Source: a virus
Taxonomy: Duplodnaviria > Caudoviricetes
Direction: 5' to 3' (one strand)
DNA length: 55,283 nt
Virus record (IMG/VR): IMGVR_UViG_3300027736_000059
Location: 1-55,283 of that record
The notes beneath the pieces are model-generated. The model was not told the origin of the DNA, did no database searches, and saw nothing but the letters and a program-made list of their open reading frames with translations. A program made the position numbers and the translations under genes. Shown here piece after piece: positions 1 through 9,800 of the stretch (position 1 is the stretch's first letter; every line of letters begins with the position of its first letter).

Positions 1-131
1 TTCTTATACTAGTAACTCTAGTATATGGAGCTACGCCTAAGCCTACTTGTAGTGCTTCTGACTTTGCTAATGTTGCATACTCTACGAATAACCCCAAAGA
101 AAGAAAAGAGATAACAGAAAAATGGTTGGAT
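1..131. repeat. Terminal overlap (circular assembly), copy 1
   Basis: 6-131 is identical to 55158-55283 (126 bp). The first bases differ by a 1-bp indel (ttcttatact vs ttcttaatact). Confidence 0.95.
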
Positions 132-260
132 AAATATGGAAAGTTTTGTTCTAAAGATCAACTCACTGCAATATATAACGGATTAGCTCTGTCTTTAGGG
201 ACATCTGATAATATGAGTATTAGAACAAAGATTGAAATATTATATGAAAGGCTAAACTAA
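1..260 (+). CDS. 3' part of a junction-spanning secreted/membrane protein (92 aa, starts at 55134)
   Basis: Manual translation across the overlap gives MRYIVVFLILVTLVYGATPKPTCS...EILYERLN*. The TAA overlaps the next ATG at 260. Confidence 0.75.
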   Translation, partial: LILVTLVYGATPKPTCSASDFANVAYSTNNPKERKEITEKWLDKYGKFCSKDQLTAIYNGLALSLGTSDNMSIRTKIEILYERLN

Positions 261-481
261 TGAGTGACGAATCTTGGATTGCCAAAAATATACAACCAAT
301 AACTGTGCTATTCTTTTTGTTTAGTTATTTCTGCTTTGCTCTTCTCTCTGTCTTTGAACTTGAGACAAGGGGCGCATACGTTGATCTACTTGGGCAAGCA
401 ATGATTATTGTTATCACAGCAATCTTTGCAGGAAAGACTGCTGAGAAAATTGTAGACATTCGTACTAATAAATCTGCATAA
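260..481 (+). CDS. Small 2-TM membrane protein, holin/antiholin-like
   Basis: Two hydrophobic segments and a basic tail; lies in the lysis cassette. Confidence 0.55.
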   Translation: MSDESWIAKNIQPITVLFFLFSYFCFALLSVFELETRGAYVDLLGQAMIIVITAIFAGKTAEKIVDIRTNKSA

Positions 482-491
482 GGAACACAAA

Positions 492-983
492 ATGGATTGG
501 CTTAAATCTCTTGCTCCCACTATTGCCACTGCTCTAGGTGGCCCACTAGCTGGCATGGCTGTCAGCGCTGTGGCTAAGGCCATAGGCTGTGACCCTGAGG
601 AAGTACAGAACATAATCAGCAGCAACAAGCTCACAGCAGAGCAGGTTGCTTCTATTCAACTAGCTGAGCTAGAACTCAAGAAGCAAGCACAGTCTATGAA
701 TCTAGACTTCGCTAAGCTGGTAGCTGAAGATAAAAAGTCTGCTAGAGATATGCAGATTGCAACCAAGTCTTGGATTCCTCCTGTGTTAGCAATGAGTGTA
801 ACAATAGGATTCTTTGGTATCTTAGTTGGCCTTATGTATGGGCAGATTCAACACGCTCCCCAGATTGATATAATGCTGGGTGCTTTAGGAACTGCTTGGA
901 CAGGCATCATTAGTTTTTATTTTGGTTCCTCTGCCAGCAGCCAAGCTAAGAATGAGTTGCTTTATAAGTCTGCTCCAATATAA
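492..983 (+). CDS. Putative holin (3TM/GTA-holin-like)
   Basis: LAPTIATALGGPLAG N-terminus, SARDMQ motif, two C-terminal TM helices ending FYFGSS; upstream of the endolysin; AAGGA SD. Confidence 0.65.
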   Translation: MDWLKSLAPTIATALGGPLAGMAVSAVAKAIGCDPEEVQNIISSNKLTAEQVASIQLAELELKKQAQSMNLDFAKLVAEDKKSARDMQIATKSWIPPVLAMSVTIGFFGILVGLMYGQIQHAPQIDIMLGALGTAWTGIISFYFGSSASSQAKNELLYKSAPI

Positions 984-1001
984 ATATTTAAGGAAGTAAT
1001 A

Positions 1002-1403
1002 ATGTTAGTAAAGAAACCAGCATCACAACGCAGTGGGCCAAGCGATATTAGTCAACTCATTGCCACACTATTTCTTAGTAGAGAAGTAGCACATAGAGAA
1101 CATCTTCATACTGATAGTTTTTCTAAGCACATGGCATTAGCAGAATTTTACAATAACATTATTGAAAGAGCAGACAGTATTACTGAGGCTTATCAGGGAC
1201 GCTGCGGTATGATTGATAGCATCCCTATTCTTACAGAAGAAAGTAAAGGCGCTATTGAAGACACTCTACAGAAACAACTAGATATTGTGGAGTCAATTCG
1301 ATATACCGCAGTTGATAAAGAAGACACAGCTATCCAGAATTTAATTGATGAAGCAGTGGGTCAGTATCTAAGCACTCTGTATAAACTCAGAAGACTGAAA
1401 TGA
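1002..1403 (+). CDS. Ferritin/Dps-like four-helix protein (DUF5856-like)
   Basis: H-x-x-H-L...H-x-A-L-x-x-F-Y...D-x-x-x-E-x-x-Q-G and IQNLIDE...YKL pattern. Confidence 0.65.
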   Translation: MLVKKPASQRSGPSDISQLIATLFLSREVAHREHLHTDSFSKHMALAEFYNNIIERADSITEAYQGRCGMIDSIPILTEESKGAIEDTLQKQLDIVESIRYTAVDKEDTAIQNLIDEAVGQYLSTLYKLRRLK

Positions 1404-1927
1404 AATTAAACTTTGATAAGTCTTTTGATTTAGTAATTAAGTCTGAAGGTGGATATGTCAATGACCCCTTAGATAAAGGGGGAGAGACTAACCTTGGTGT
1501 TACTAAAGCAGCTTGGATGGCTTATCTAAAAGTTAAAGAGTTACCACCCAATGCTATGAAGGAATTAACAAAAGATAAAGTTAAGCCTTTCTATAAAGCA
1601 ATGTATTGGGATAAAGTGTATGGTGATGATCTGCCTTCTGGCATTGATTATCTTGCCTTTGACTTTGCTGTCAATGCTGGTGCTAGTCAGTCTACTAAGT
1701 TTATTCAACGGGCTATTGGCAGCAATGCTGATGGCGTTATAGGCCCAGCAACAATTGAGAAGGTTAGTAAAACTGCCTCAGTAGATTTACTGAACAGCTT
1801 TACTAAACAGAAAGAAAGCTTTTACAAAGACATCATAGCCAGAAGACCAGACCAAGTTAAGTTTTTAAAGGGCTGGCTCACTAGGGTGGCTCATACAGAC
1901 AAAGAAGCACGGACAATGCTAGTATAA
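1400..1927 (+). CDS. Endolysin, glycoside hydrolase family 108 with peptidoglycan-binding domain
   Basis: EGGYVNDPLDKGGETNLGVT catalytic motif, FDFAVNAG, DGVIGPAT, FLKGWLTRV. Confidence 0.9.
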   Translation: MKLNFDKSFDLVIKSEGGYVNDPLDKGGETNLGVTKAAWMAYLKVKELPPNAMKELTKDKVKPFYKAMYWDKVYGDDLPSGIDYLAFDFAVNAGASQSTKFIQRAIGSNADGVIGPATIEKVSKTASVDLLNSFTKQKESFYKDIIARRPDQVKFLKGWLTRVAHTDKEARTMLV

Positions 1928-1929
1928 TT

Positions 1930-2247
1930 ATGCAAGCGATTCCTGATAAAGTTAACATTTTTGGTAGGGAATATACTATAACTGTTAAAGAGCTGTTAGA
2001 TGGCTCCACAGACAAAGAAGAAACTTTAGGGCAGTGCTTGAATGACAAGCTTATTATAGAGATAAAGAAAGAGCAACATCCTTTATTAGAAGCAGATACC
2101 TTATTGCATGAGATAATCCATGCACTAGATGAGGTTATGCAAACAAGGATGTCAGAGAGACAAGTATGCTGTATAGCTACTGGTCTTATAGGAGTATTGA
2201 AAACTAATACAGAGTTCAATGAGTATTTATATAGGATGACTAGATAA
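1930..2247 (+). CDS. Small HEXXH zinc metallopeptidase-like protein
   Basis: LGQC...TLLHEIIHAL...E motif. Confidence 0.65.
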   Translation: MQAIPDKVNIFGREYTITVKELLDGSTDKEETLGQCLNDKLIIEIKKEQHPLLEADTLLHEIIHALDEVMQTRMSERQVCCIATGLIGVLKTNTEFNEYLYRMTR

Positions 2248-4580
2248 TGAGAGAAACCTTCACAGAGCAGCAGCGAGAGATTGTAGCCCGTAAGATGGGC
2301 TATGATGGCCCTATGCAAATGTTTGATGAGTATCTGGCATCTACTCCTTCAGACGCTAATAGATACTCAGCTATTACTTCTAAGTATGCTGTCAAGATGG
2401 CAGAGGGTGGTGTTGTTAAAATGGCAACGGGTGGGGTTGCTGATGCAACAGGCTCTGATGCCATCCCCGTTGCACCAACAGCAACAACAGCAACTGCTGC
2501 TCAAACAGCTACACCCACTGCTGTAACTTTTACAAAAGGCGATACAATAAAAGATGTAACAGCAACGGCTATCAAAGAAGCGGATATAAAGAAAGCCGAT
2601 ATTCCCACTTCTATAACTGCTACATCTATAACACCCGATACATCACAAACTACTCTACAGACAGCACTTGACAAAGCTAAAGAAGCCGAAGGCAAGCTTA
2701 GTTCAGAATCTAAGACAACTGCTGCTGTTGGTACTTTATCAGCGGGGTCTGTTGCTGCAACACAAAAAGTAGATGAAAAATATAAGACCCCTGTAACCGC
2801 TCAAACACGAACCACGGGCGCTGGTGAACTTGTGGAGGCTCAAACCACTGCTCCTAAAGTGACAGCGGAAGCTGCACAAACGGCAGCGCCTACAAAAGTA
2901 GAAGCAGCCCAAGGGGTTGTACAGACTAACCAACTTGTACAAGCTGCACAGATCAAAGAAGCCGATATGGCACAGTCAAAAGCCCTTGCCGCTGAGGGAT
3001 TGGCTGCTGATGCTAGAGTTGTTGCTGCTAAGATGGCAGCATTCACTGTAGATGATGGGACACTAGCACAAGCAGCACAGGGTAATGTTAATGCGTTGTC
3101 TACAGTACAGGGACAACTATCCTCATTGATGAAGAGCTTTGACGATGGCTCTACTCCTGCGTGGGCTAGTGGTGCTATTAGAGCCGCTAACGCTGCAATG
3201 GCTTCTAGGGGTCTTGGTAATAGTTCTATGGCTAGTGTAGCTGTGTTTCAAGCAGCTATGGAAAGCGCCTTACCAATTGCTTCACAAGACGCTAAGGTGT
3301 TTGAGTCAATGAATATGCAGAACTTAAACAACCGACAACAGGTTGCTTTAACTAATGCTGCTGCTCAACAGGGTCTGTCTCTACAGAATTTATCTAACGA
3401 ACAACAAGCAAGACTTACTAACGCAGCTAACTCTTTTGCTTTGCAAAGTCAAAACATAAGTAATACTCAACAGACAATGTTGGCTAATACTCAAATTAGA
3501 GCAGCACTACAAGGTCAAAACTTAAGCAATAATCAGCAAGCTGCTGTGCTTAACGCTGCTCGTTATGCTGAGCAAGCCAATATTAATTTGAATAACGTGC
3601 AACAGGCTGCCCTACATAACAGCACAATGCAAGTACAAGTTGAGATGGCTAATACTTCTAACAGGCAACAGGCTGCTTTGGCTAATGCACAAATTGAAGC
3701 AGCTATGCAGGGTAAGATATTAGATAATAAACAGCAAGCTGCTGTGCTTAATTCTGCTCGTATTGCAGAAAATGCTAGCCTTACGTTCACTGCTGCTCAA
3801 AATACAGCACTGCACAATTCTGAAATAATGAAGAGTATTGGACTGGCTGAACTTAGCTCTTCACAGGCTACTACTATTGCTAATGCCGCCGCTTCTGCAT
3901 CTCTTGATTTAGCTAATCTAAATAATCTTCAACAAGCAAACGTATTAACTTCTAAATCTTTCTTAGAAATTGATATGAAGAATTTAGATAATAAGCAACA
4001 AATGTCTGTGTTAAAAACACAGTCTATTACACAGGCTATTCTTAGTGACACAGCAGCAGCGAATGCTGCTAAGGCTGTTAATGCTTCTAATGCTTTAGAA
4101 GCTGACAAGGTTAATGCTACTCTTGCTCTCCAAGCTTCTCAGTACAATGCCTCTGAACAGAATAGAATTACGCTAGCTAACAATGCTGCTGTTAATGACA
4201 TAGCTAAATTTAATGCTAACGAAACAAATAGAAGAGAAGATTTTAATTCTCAGCTTGGAGTACAGATTAACCTAGCCAATGCTAAAATATTAGCTGATGT
4301 TTCTACTGCCAACACAAGAGAATCTAATGCAATTAATGCAGTGAATGCAAAGAATGCTACAGACCTGTCTGCCTCTACATATTCTCAACAGTCTCAGACA
4401 TATAGAGACTTATTAGAGCTTTCATATAAAGCAGGAGAGAATGATAAGGATAGATTGACACAGCTAGCCACATCTACAATTGCGGCTAATGCTAGTAAGA
4501 CAGCGGCTGAAATTAAAGCAGATGCTGATGCTTCTGTTAGTTGGGGTCAACTGGCTTGGAAAATCTTTCAAACCTTCTGA
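2247..4580 (+). CDS. Internal virion/ejection protein (A/Q/N-rich repeats)
   Basis: 777 aa with NxQQAxLxN repeats, RGLGNSSMA motif and MAEGG/MATGG motifs; position in the late arm. Confidence 0.65.
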   Translation: MRETFTEQQREIVARKMGYDGPMQMFDEYLASTPSDANRYSAITSKYAVKMAEGGVVKMATGGVADATGSDAIPVAPTATTATAAQTATPTAVTFTKGDTIKDVTATAIKEADIKKADIPTSITATSITPDTSQTTLQTALDKAKEAEGKLSSESKTTAAVGTLSAGSVAATQKVDEKYKTPVTAQTRTTGAGELVEAQTTAPKVTAEAAQTAAPTKVEAAQGVVQTNQLVQAAQIKEADMAQSKALAAEGLAADARVVAAKMAAFTVDDGTLAQAAQGNVNALSTVQGQLSSLMKSFDDGSTPAWASGAIRAANAAMASRGLGNSSMASVAVFQAAMESALPIASQDAKVFESMNMQNLNNRQQVALTNAAAQQGLSLQNLSNEQQARLTNAANSFALQSQNISNTQQTMLANTQIRAALQGQNLSNNQQAAVLNAARYAEQANINLNNVQQAALHNSTMQVQVEMANTSNRQQAALANAQIEAAMQGKILDNKQQAAVLNSARIAENASLTFTAAQNTALHNSEIMKSIGLAELSSSQATTIANAAASASLDLANLNNLQQANVLTSKSFLEIDMKNLDNKQQMSVLKTQSITQAILSDTAAANAAKAVNASNALEADKVNATLALQASQYNASEQNRITLANNAAVNDIAKFNANETNRREDFNSQLGVQINLANAKILADVSTANTRESNAINAVNAKNATDLSASTYSQQSQTYRDLLELSYKAGENDKDRLTQLATSTIAANASKTAAEIKADADASVSWGQLAWKIFQTF

Positions 4581-4592
4581 TTAAGAATTATT

Positions 4593-4808
4593 ATGCAACA
4601 CATTAAAAACTATTTCAATAAGATTGAGGACGTTCTAGCTAAGAGGAAGTCTTCCCCTTCTACTAAGGCTTCTAAATCAAAGGGGTTGCTAGCTGCTCCT
4701 CCTATGAAAGAGAAGTCTTCTAAAGAAGACCCATCACTAAAGATGATTGCTGACTATATCGAAGGCATTAGAGAAACAAGACAGGAGATTTTAGATGGCA
4801 ACAAATGA
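4593..4808 (+). CDS. Hypothetical protein
   Basis: Co-oriented ORF in a tightly packed operon. Confidence 0.6.
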   Translation: MQHIKNYFNKIEDVLAKRKSSPSTKASKSKGLLAAPPMKEKSSKEDPSLKMIADYIEGIRETRQEILDGNK

Positions 4809-5301
4809 ACTAACTTCCGGTCAGGCACTTCAGTCTGTACCAGCGGGTATATCATGGACAGCGCCGCCTAAGAGTAGAGCATGGCAGAATCCTCCTAAGT
4901 ATACGAAGCTATCAGACGTAGCAGATACTTATATTTCTAAGCTGTCTTCCAAAGAGATGGCTAATCCTGTGTTAGACGCACTAGAAACTAAAGCGCCTTT
5001 GGCTTCTTTAGCTGAAGTGATTATGCTTAGTGGAGTACAGAAAGGTATTCATACATTGGACACAGGTATTCTTGTTATGCCTGTCATCATTGAAATGCTT
5101 AAGACAGCGGCAATGCTACACGGTATTAAAACAGTTACTTATTCTGATGAGAATGATAGTATGCGTACCATCCCAACAAGAGCAGTTAAGATGGCTGTAA
5201 CTGATTTAATGAAAGCTCCTGTTGAGGAAGCTGAACCTGCTCTTGTTCCCAAGGAAATGAAGGCAGGACTAATGCAACGTAAAAGTAAAGTAGAGGTTTA
5301 A
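4795..5301 (+). CDS. Conserved phage hypothetical (probable virion) protein
   Basis: GISWT..PKSRAWQNPP motif; GGAG SD; overlaps the upstream gene. Confidence 0.65.
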   Translation: MATNELTSGQALQSVPAGISWTAPPKSRAWQNPPKYTKLSDVADTYISKLSSKEMANPVLDALETKAPLASLAEVIMLSGVQKGIHTLDTGILVMPVIIEMLKTAAMLHGIKTVTYSDENDSMRTIPTRAVKMAVTDLMKAPVEEAEPALVPKEMKAGLMQRKSKVEV

Positions 5302-5302
5302 T

Positions 5303-6841
5303 ATGGCTATGAATTGGACAGCTTTTGGCGGCGGCTTTGCTAAGGCGGCAGTAGAGGATTTTAATAAAGAAGAAGAGGATGCTAAGGCAAGAGCCGCCCT
5401 TCAAGTTAAAGGCTTGTATGAAAACTATACTAATGTTGTTAAAGAGAACCGAACTATATCTAACGATGTTAAAGAAAAGATTAATGTAATCAAAGGCTTT
5501 GCTCCTGACGCTACTCCTGACCAGCTTGTTTCCCTTGCACAAGATAGGGGAGTGTTGGACATGCTATACACTCGGATGAAGGACAAGGACTTTGATGCCA
5601 CTGGATTCAACATCAATAACTTTGTTAAAGCAACACAGTCTAATTCTCCTTTGTCTGCTGAAGATCGTATCAATAAATTGTTCACCATCCCCGATGCAGT
5701 GAACAAAGCTTCTGCTGCTTTTAAATCCATTGCTCCAGAACCCACTGAGGGAGAAGGCTTCCTATCAGGAATGATGAAGAGGTCTGGATTGCGTGGCGCT
5801 CAGTCAGGCATAGCACAAGCTACTGCCGCTTATGGTGTGTCTCTAGAACAGCTACAAGCTGCTAAAGAATACACCAGAACTATTACTCCTTCTGGCGCAC
5901 AATACGACCTGACTATTCTTAAGAATAAGAAGACTTTCTCTGAGGCTAAAGATGCTGCTCAACTTGATATTGTTGATGCCAAAGCTGCTTACGAGAAAGA
6001 CCCGTCTAATCCAGATGCATTCAAGAAGCTAGCAAAGGCTACATCTAATGTAGCCACCTTTGTTGCTATTGAAGGTATGGGTAAGGCACAAGTTAAGAGG
6101 ACTGAGGAAGATATCAGGACTGAGCTTGTTAATAAAATCCAAGACCCTAAGACTTCTCCAGAAGACAAGAAGAGAGCAGAGGACGAGCTTAACCAACGAC
6201 AAAAGCTGTTGAGTAAAGACAGTGCTGAGGCAGCAATCCAAACTGATCTTATCAACAAGATTCAAGACCCTAACACTACTCCGCAGGAAGCCGAAACTCT
6301 TAAGGTTAAGCTCAATGAACGCAGAGATTTGTTGGCTAAGAATGCTCCAGAATCCAGAGTGACACAGACCAACTACATTGCCATTGCTAGCAGGGCTGTT
6401 GCTTCTGCTGTAACAGAGGCATTGCCACCGGGTTCTTTGACCACCACTGTTAATCCTGATGGCACTGTGCAGATGATGCCTTCTGACTTGGTTAAAGGGC
6501 CGCGCTTCACTGCTGCTATCAATGCAGCTAAGTCTGGGGTGGCTAGACAGTTCACTGACAAGGATGGAAATCCTCTGTCTGAATTCCATAAGAATGCTCT
6601 TATCTCTGTGAACATCATGCCAAACGATCAGGGCAAATTTGTTGCTAGTTCAGCGCCAGTGGAGGCAGGTACACCAACAGCACCTGCCGCAGCACCTGCT
6701 GCTCCTTTCAGGCCAGCAGGGGTTACATTCACCCCCGATCAGGAAGCCATAGTTGCCAAAGCTGAAGCAGCTATTGCTAAGGGAGCCAGTGTAGCAGCCG
6801 TTAGAGCGCGATTGAAAGAACAGAAAATACCGGGATTCTAA
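5303..6841 (+). CDS. Internal virion/ejection protein
   Basis: N-terminal FGGGFAKA, helical composition, internal duplication LxNKIQDPxT; lies among large late ORFs. Confidence 0.6.
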   Translation: MAMNWTAFGGGFAKAAVEDFNKEEEDAKARAALQVKGLYENYTNVVKENRTISNDVKEKINVIKGFAPDATPDQLVSLAQDRGVLDMLYTRMKDKDFDATGFNINNFVKATQSNSPLSAEDRINKLFTIPDAVNKASAAFKSIAPEPTEGEGFLSGMMKRSGLRGAQSGIAQATAAYGVSLEQLQAAKEYTRTITPSGAQYDLTILKNKKTFSEAKDAAQLDIVDAKAAYEKDPSNPDAFKKLAKATSNVATFVAIEGMGKAQVKRTEEDIRTELVNKIQDPKTSPEDKKRAEDELNQRQKLLSKDSAEAAIQTDLINKIQDPNTTPQEAETLKVKLNERRDLLAKNAPESRVTQTNYIAIASRAVASAVTEALPPGSLTTTVNPDGTVQMMPSDLVKGPRFTAAINAAKSGVARQFTDKDGNPLSEFHKNALISVNIMPNDQGKFVASSAPVEAGTPTAPAAAPAAPFRPAGVTFTPDQEAIVAKAEAAIAKGASVAAVRARLKEQKIPGF

Positions 6842-6844
6842 TTT

Positions 6845-9800
6845 ATGGCTTATGACATTTCCTTTGATGATTTGATTCCTAGCAACCAGAAGACAAAAGA
6901 TGTTTCCTTTGATGATTTAATCCCAAAGAAATCTACTTCGCTGGTTACTAGACCAGACCAACAGACAAAAGATAAAGAGGCTCTTTCTATTCTTCAAAAA
7001 GAAAAAGAAAAAGCTTCTGTTGCTCTTGCTGAAGCCCAGCGTCTCAAGGATAAAGCCAGAGAAGATAGGGCTGCTGCTGATGTTCTATCATTAGATAGGG
7101 AGATAGCCGCTACATCTAAGAGGGCTAGTGTAGCCACTGCTGAGCCTGTAGCTGTAGAGCCTACACTGCCAGCGAGAGACAAGCAAGTCCGTACACCTTC
7201 TCTCTATGATATTAAAGCTGCCCCTGTAGAGACTAAGGCAGCGGAAGTAGCACCTGCTGCTCCTGCTCCTACGCCTACAACTGATGAGTCTAAAGTATCG
7301 GCTGCGTTTAGTTATAAATCTAAACTTGCTGAGGGGTTCAAGCCTAGAGCAGAAGCCATGAAGGAGAAGGTAGAACAGACAAGACTAGCAGAAGAGAATA
7401 AGATTCCTTTTGATGCCTTGACACAATCTCCTGCGCTTAAGAAAACTATTGATGATTATGTACTAGCTCGTTTTGGCAAGAGTGAATTGCAAAAGCCTAA
7501 CGAATCTGTAGAAGACTATGTTAATCGCTTTGCTCAGCAGATGCGTTTCCTTAAGACAGGTAATACATATTCACTAGGTTCTGAGATACAATTCTTAAAT
7601 AGTGCTAAACAAGAAGATAAGTTAAAGATGGATGCTGCTTATACCTTATGGGATAATATAGCAGACCCATCTATGATGACAGCAGGAGGAAAAGGACAGA
7701 AAGGAATTAGACCAGTAACAGATTCGTTACTGTCTATGTTCTCAGACCCGCTTACCTTTGTATCATTGGGAGCAGGGAAGATGCTTGCTACTCCCATTCA
7801 AAAAGCTGTAGCTGAACAGGGAATCAAGAAAGCTTTAGTTAGTAACATAGGCAAAGTAGCGGCTATACCTGCCATAGAAACAGCGCAGGGTGTAGCATCC
7901 GATACAGGACAGCAAAAGATAGAGTTAACAATCGCTGCCGCTCAGCTTAAAAATGCTGAAGATAGATTCCCTTCTCTTAGTCCTGAAGAACAGGATAAGC
8001 TTAAACCAACTTTAGATTTACTTAGAAAGAAAGTAGAAGAAGGCATTAATATCAAGCAAGCAGTTATCTCTGGAGTTGTCAGCGGCGTATTGGGTTCGGT
8101 AGAAGCTGCTGGTGTTCTTAAAGCCGGTAAGAAACTAGGCGGTGGACAAAGCAGCTTGGACGAAATCTTAGCTAGAAAGAAAGCAGGGCTTCCTGAAGCA
8201 CCTGCCCCTAAGCTGGAGGTTAAGGCATCTACAGGTACACAGAAGCAATTAGAAGATGACTACGATATCTTCGAAGGGCGTAACCTACTCGACAAACAAC
8301 TGATCAATCTTGATGGATTGTCAGGGATGGAGTATGAGAAAGCCTTCGCAAAGAATGAATCTGCTGTAGCACAGATGCAGGTTAGAAAAGAAATTAATAG
8401 AAAAGCTACACAGCTTGCACAGGAAGTATGGACTAGCCTACCTGAGTTTGCTCCCAAGCAGGGAGAGAAGATATCTGATGCAGTTAAGAATGTGTTTCTT
8501 AACATAGACAGTGTTGATGATGTGGCTTTGAAAGATGCGTTTGCAAAGGCAAACATCACTCCTGAAGAGTTTGCTCGTATGAACAGAACTACAGTGAGTG
8601 ATGCAGCCAGCACAATGCAAAGCTATTCTGTTCTAGCAAGGATACAAAATAAGCTAAAGAGCATTGACCCTGCTGCCGCTAAAGAAGTAGACCTGATGTA
8701 TGGTAATAGGAATGCCATTACTGATTCGTTTGGTTTTATCAAAGACATTAGCATGAGGGCAGACAGAGAACTAAAAGCCTTGATGGTTTCTCAGATAGCC
8801 ACGACTGTTCGTAATGCTTACTCAGGTTTAACTGTTGTTACTTTTGGAGTAGCTTCCGAAGCTGTTGAGTCTGCTCTTTACAGAATTGGTAAAACATCTG
8901 CTGAGATATACACAGGAAAGCCTGTCACTGGCTCGTTCACTAACGGTATCAAGGGCGTGTGGAATGATGCATTCAGAACAGCTTCTTATCTGTCTGATGC
9001 TGGCCTATCTGCTGACGTAGCAGAAAGATTGCTGGCAGGTTCGCCAACACTAAGCAGCCTTATTCTTAAGACTGCTGGTGAAGCTGGTGATCAGGGCTTG
9101 TCCAGAGTGGGACAGATTGCCAATACCTTTAACGTGGCACAGGATGCTTTCTTTAGAAGAGCCATCTTTGCTGCTAACGTAGAGAAGCAGCTAAGTCGTG
9201 TCGGAATAGACATGTTTGATGTGTTGGCACAAAATAAGAACATTCCCTTGGATGTTCTCAAGAATGCTACAAATGAAGCATTACTCGCTACATTTAGTAA
9301 GATGCCTACCAAAGGGCCGGTTTACCATGCAGTTAAGTTTATCGAAGAGCTTGGCCCTGTAGGGTCAACGCTGATACCTTTCCCCCGCTTCATGGCTAAT
9401 GCTATGGAATGGACAGCAACACACAGCCCAATAGGTCTTGTGTCAGGTGCTGTCGATGTTGCTAGCACAGACCTCAATAAAAGAATAGCTGGGCTAGAGA
9501 AGCTGTCTAAAGGAATTGTAGGAACTGGTGCAATCTATGCCGCTTACAAATACAGAAAAGATAACCAAGACACTGAGTGGTACGATGCTAAGAACACTGA
9601 TGGCAGCTTGGTTGATACTAGGGCATTCTTTCCTGTTGCTCCTTTCCTAGCGCTGGGTGACTACTTGGTTAAGCTGGAGAATGGAACTACAAGTGAATTC
9701 AAAGCTAAAGAATTATTTGAGGCAGTGACTGGATTCAAGATGCCAGCAGGTACGAATAGCTGGCTGGGTGACCAGTTTGCTACAGCAGCTTCCAACTGGC

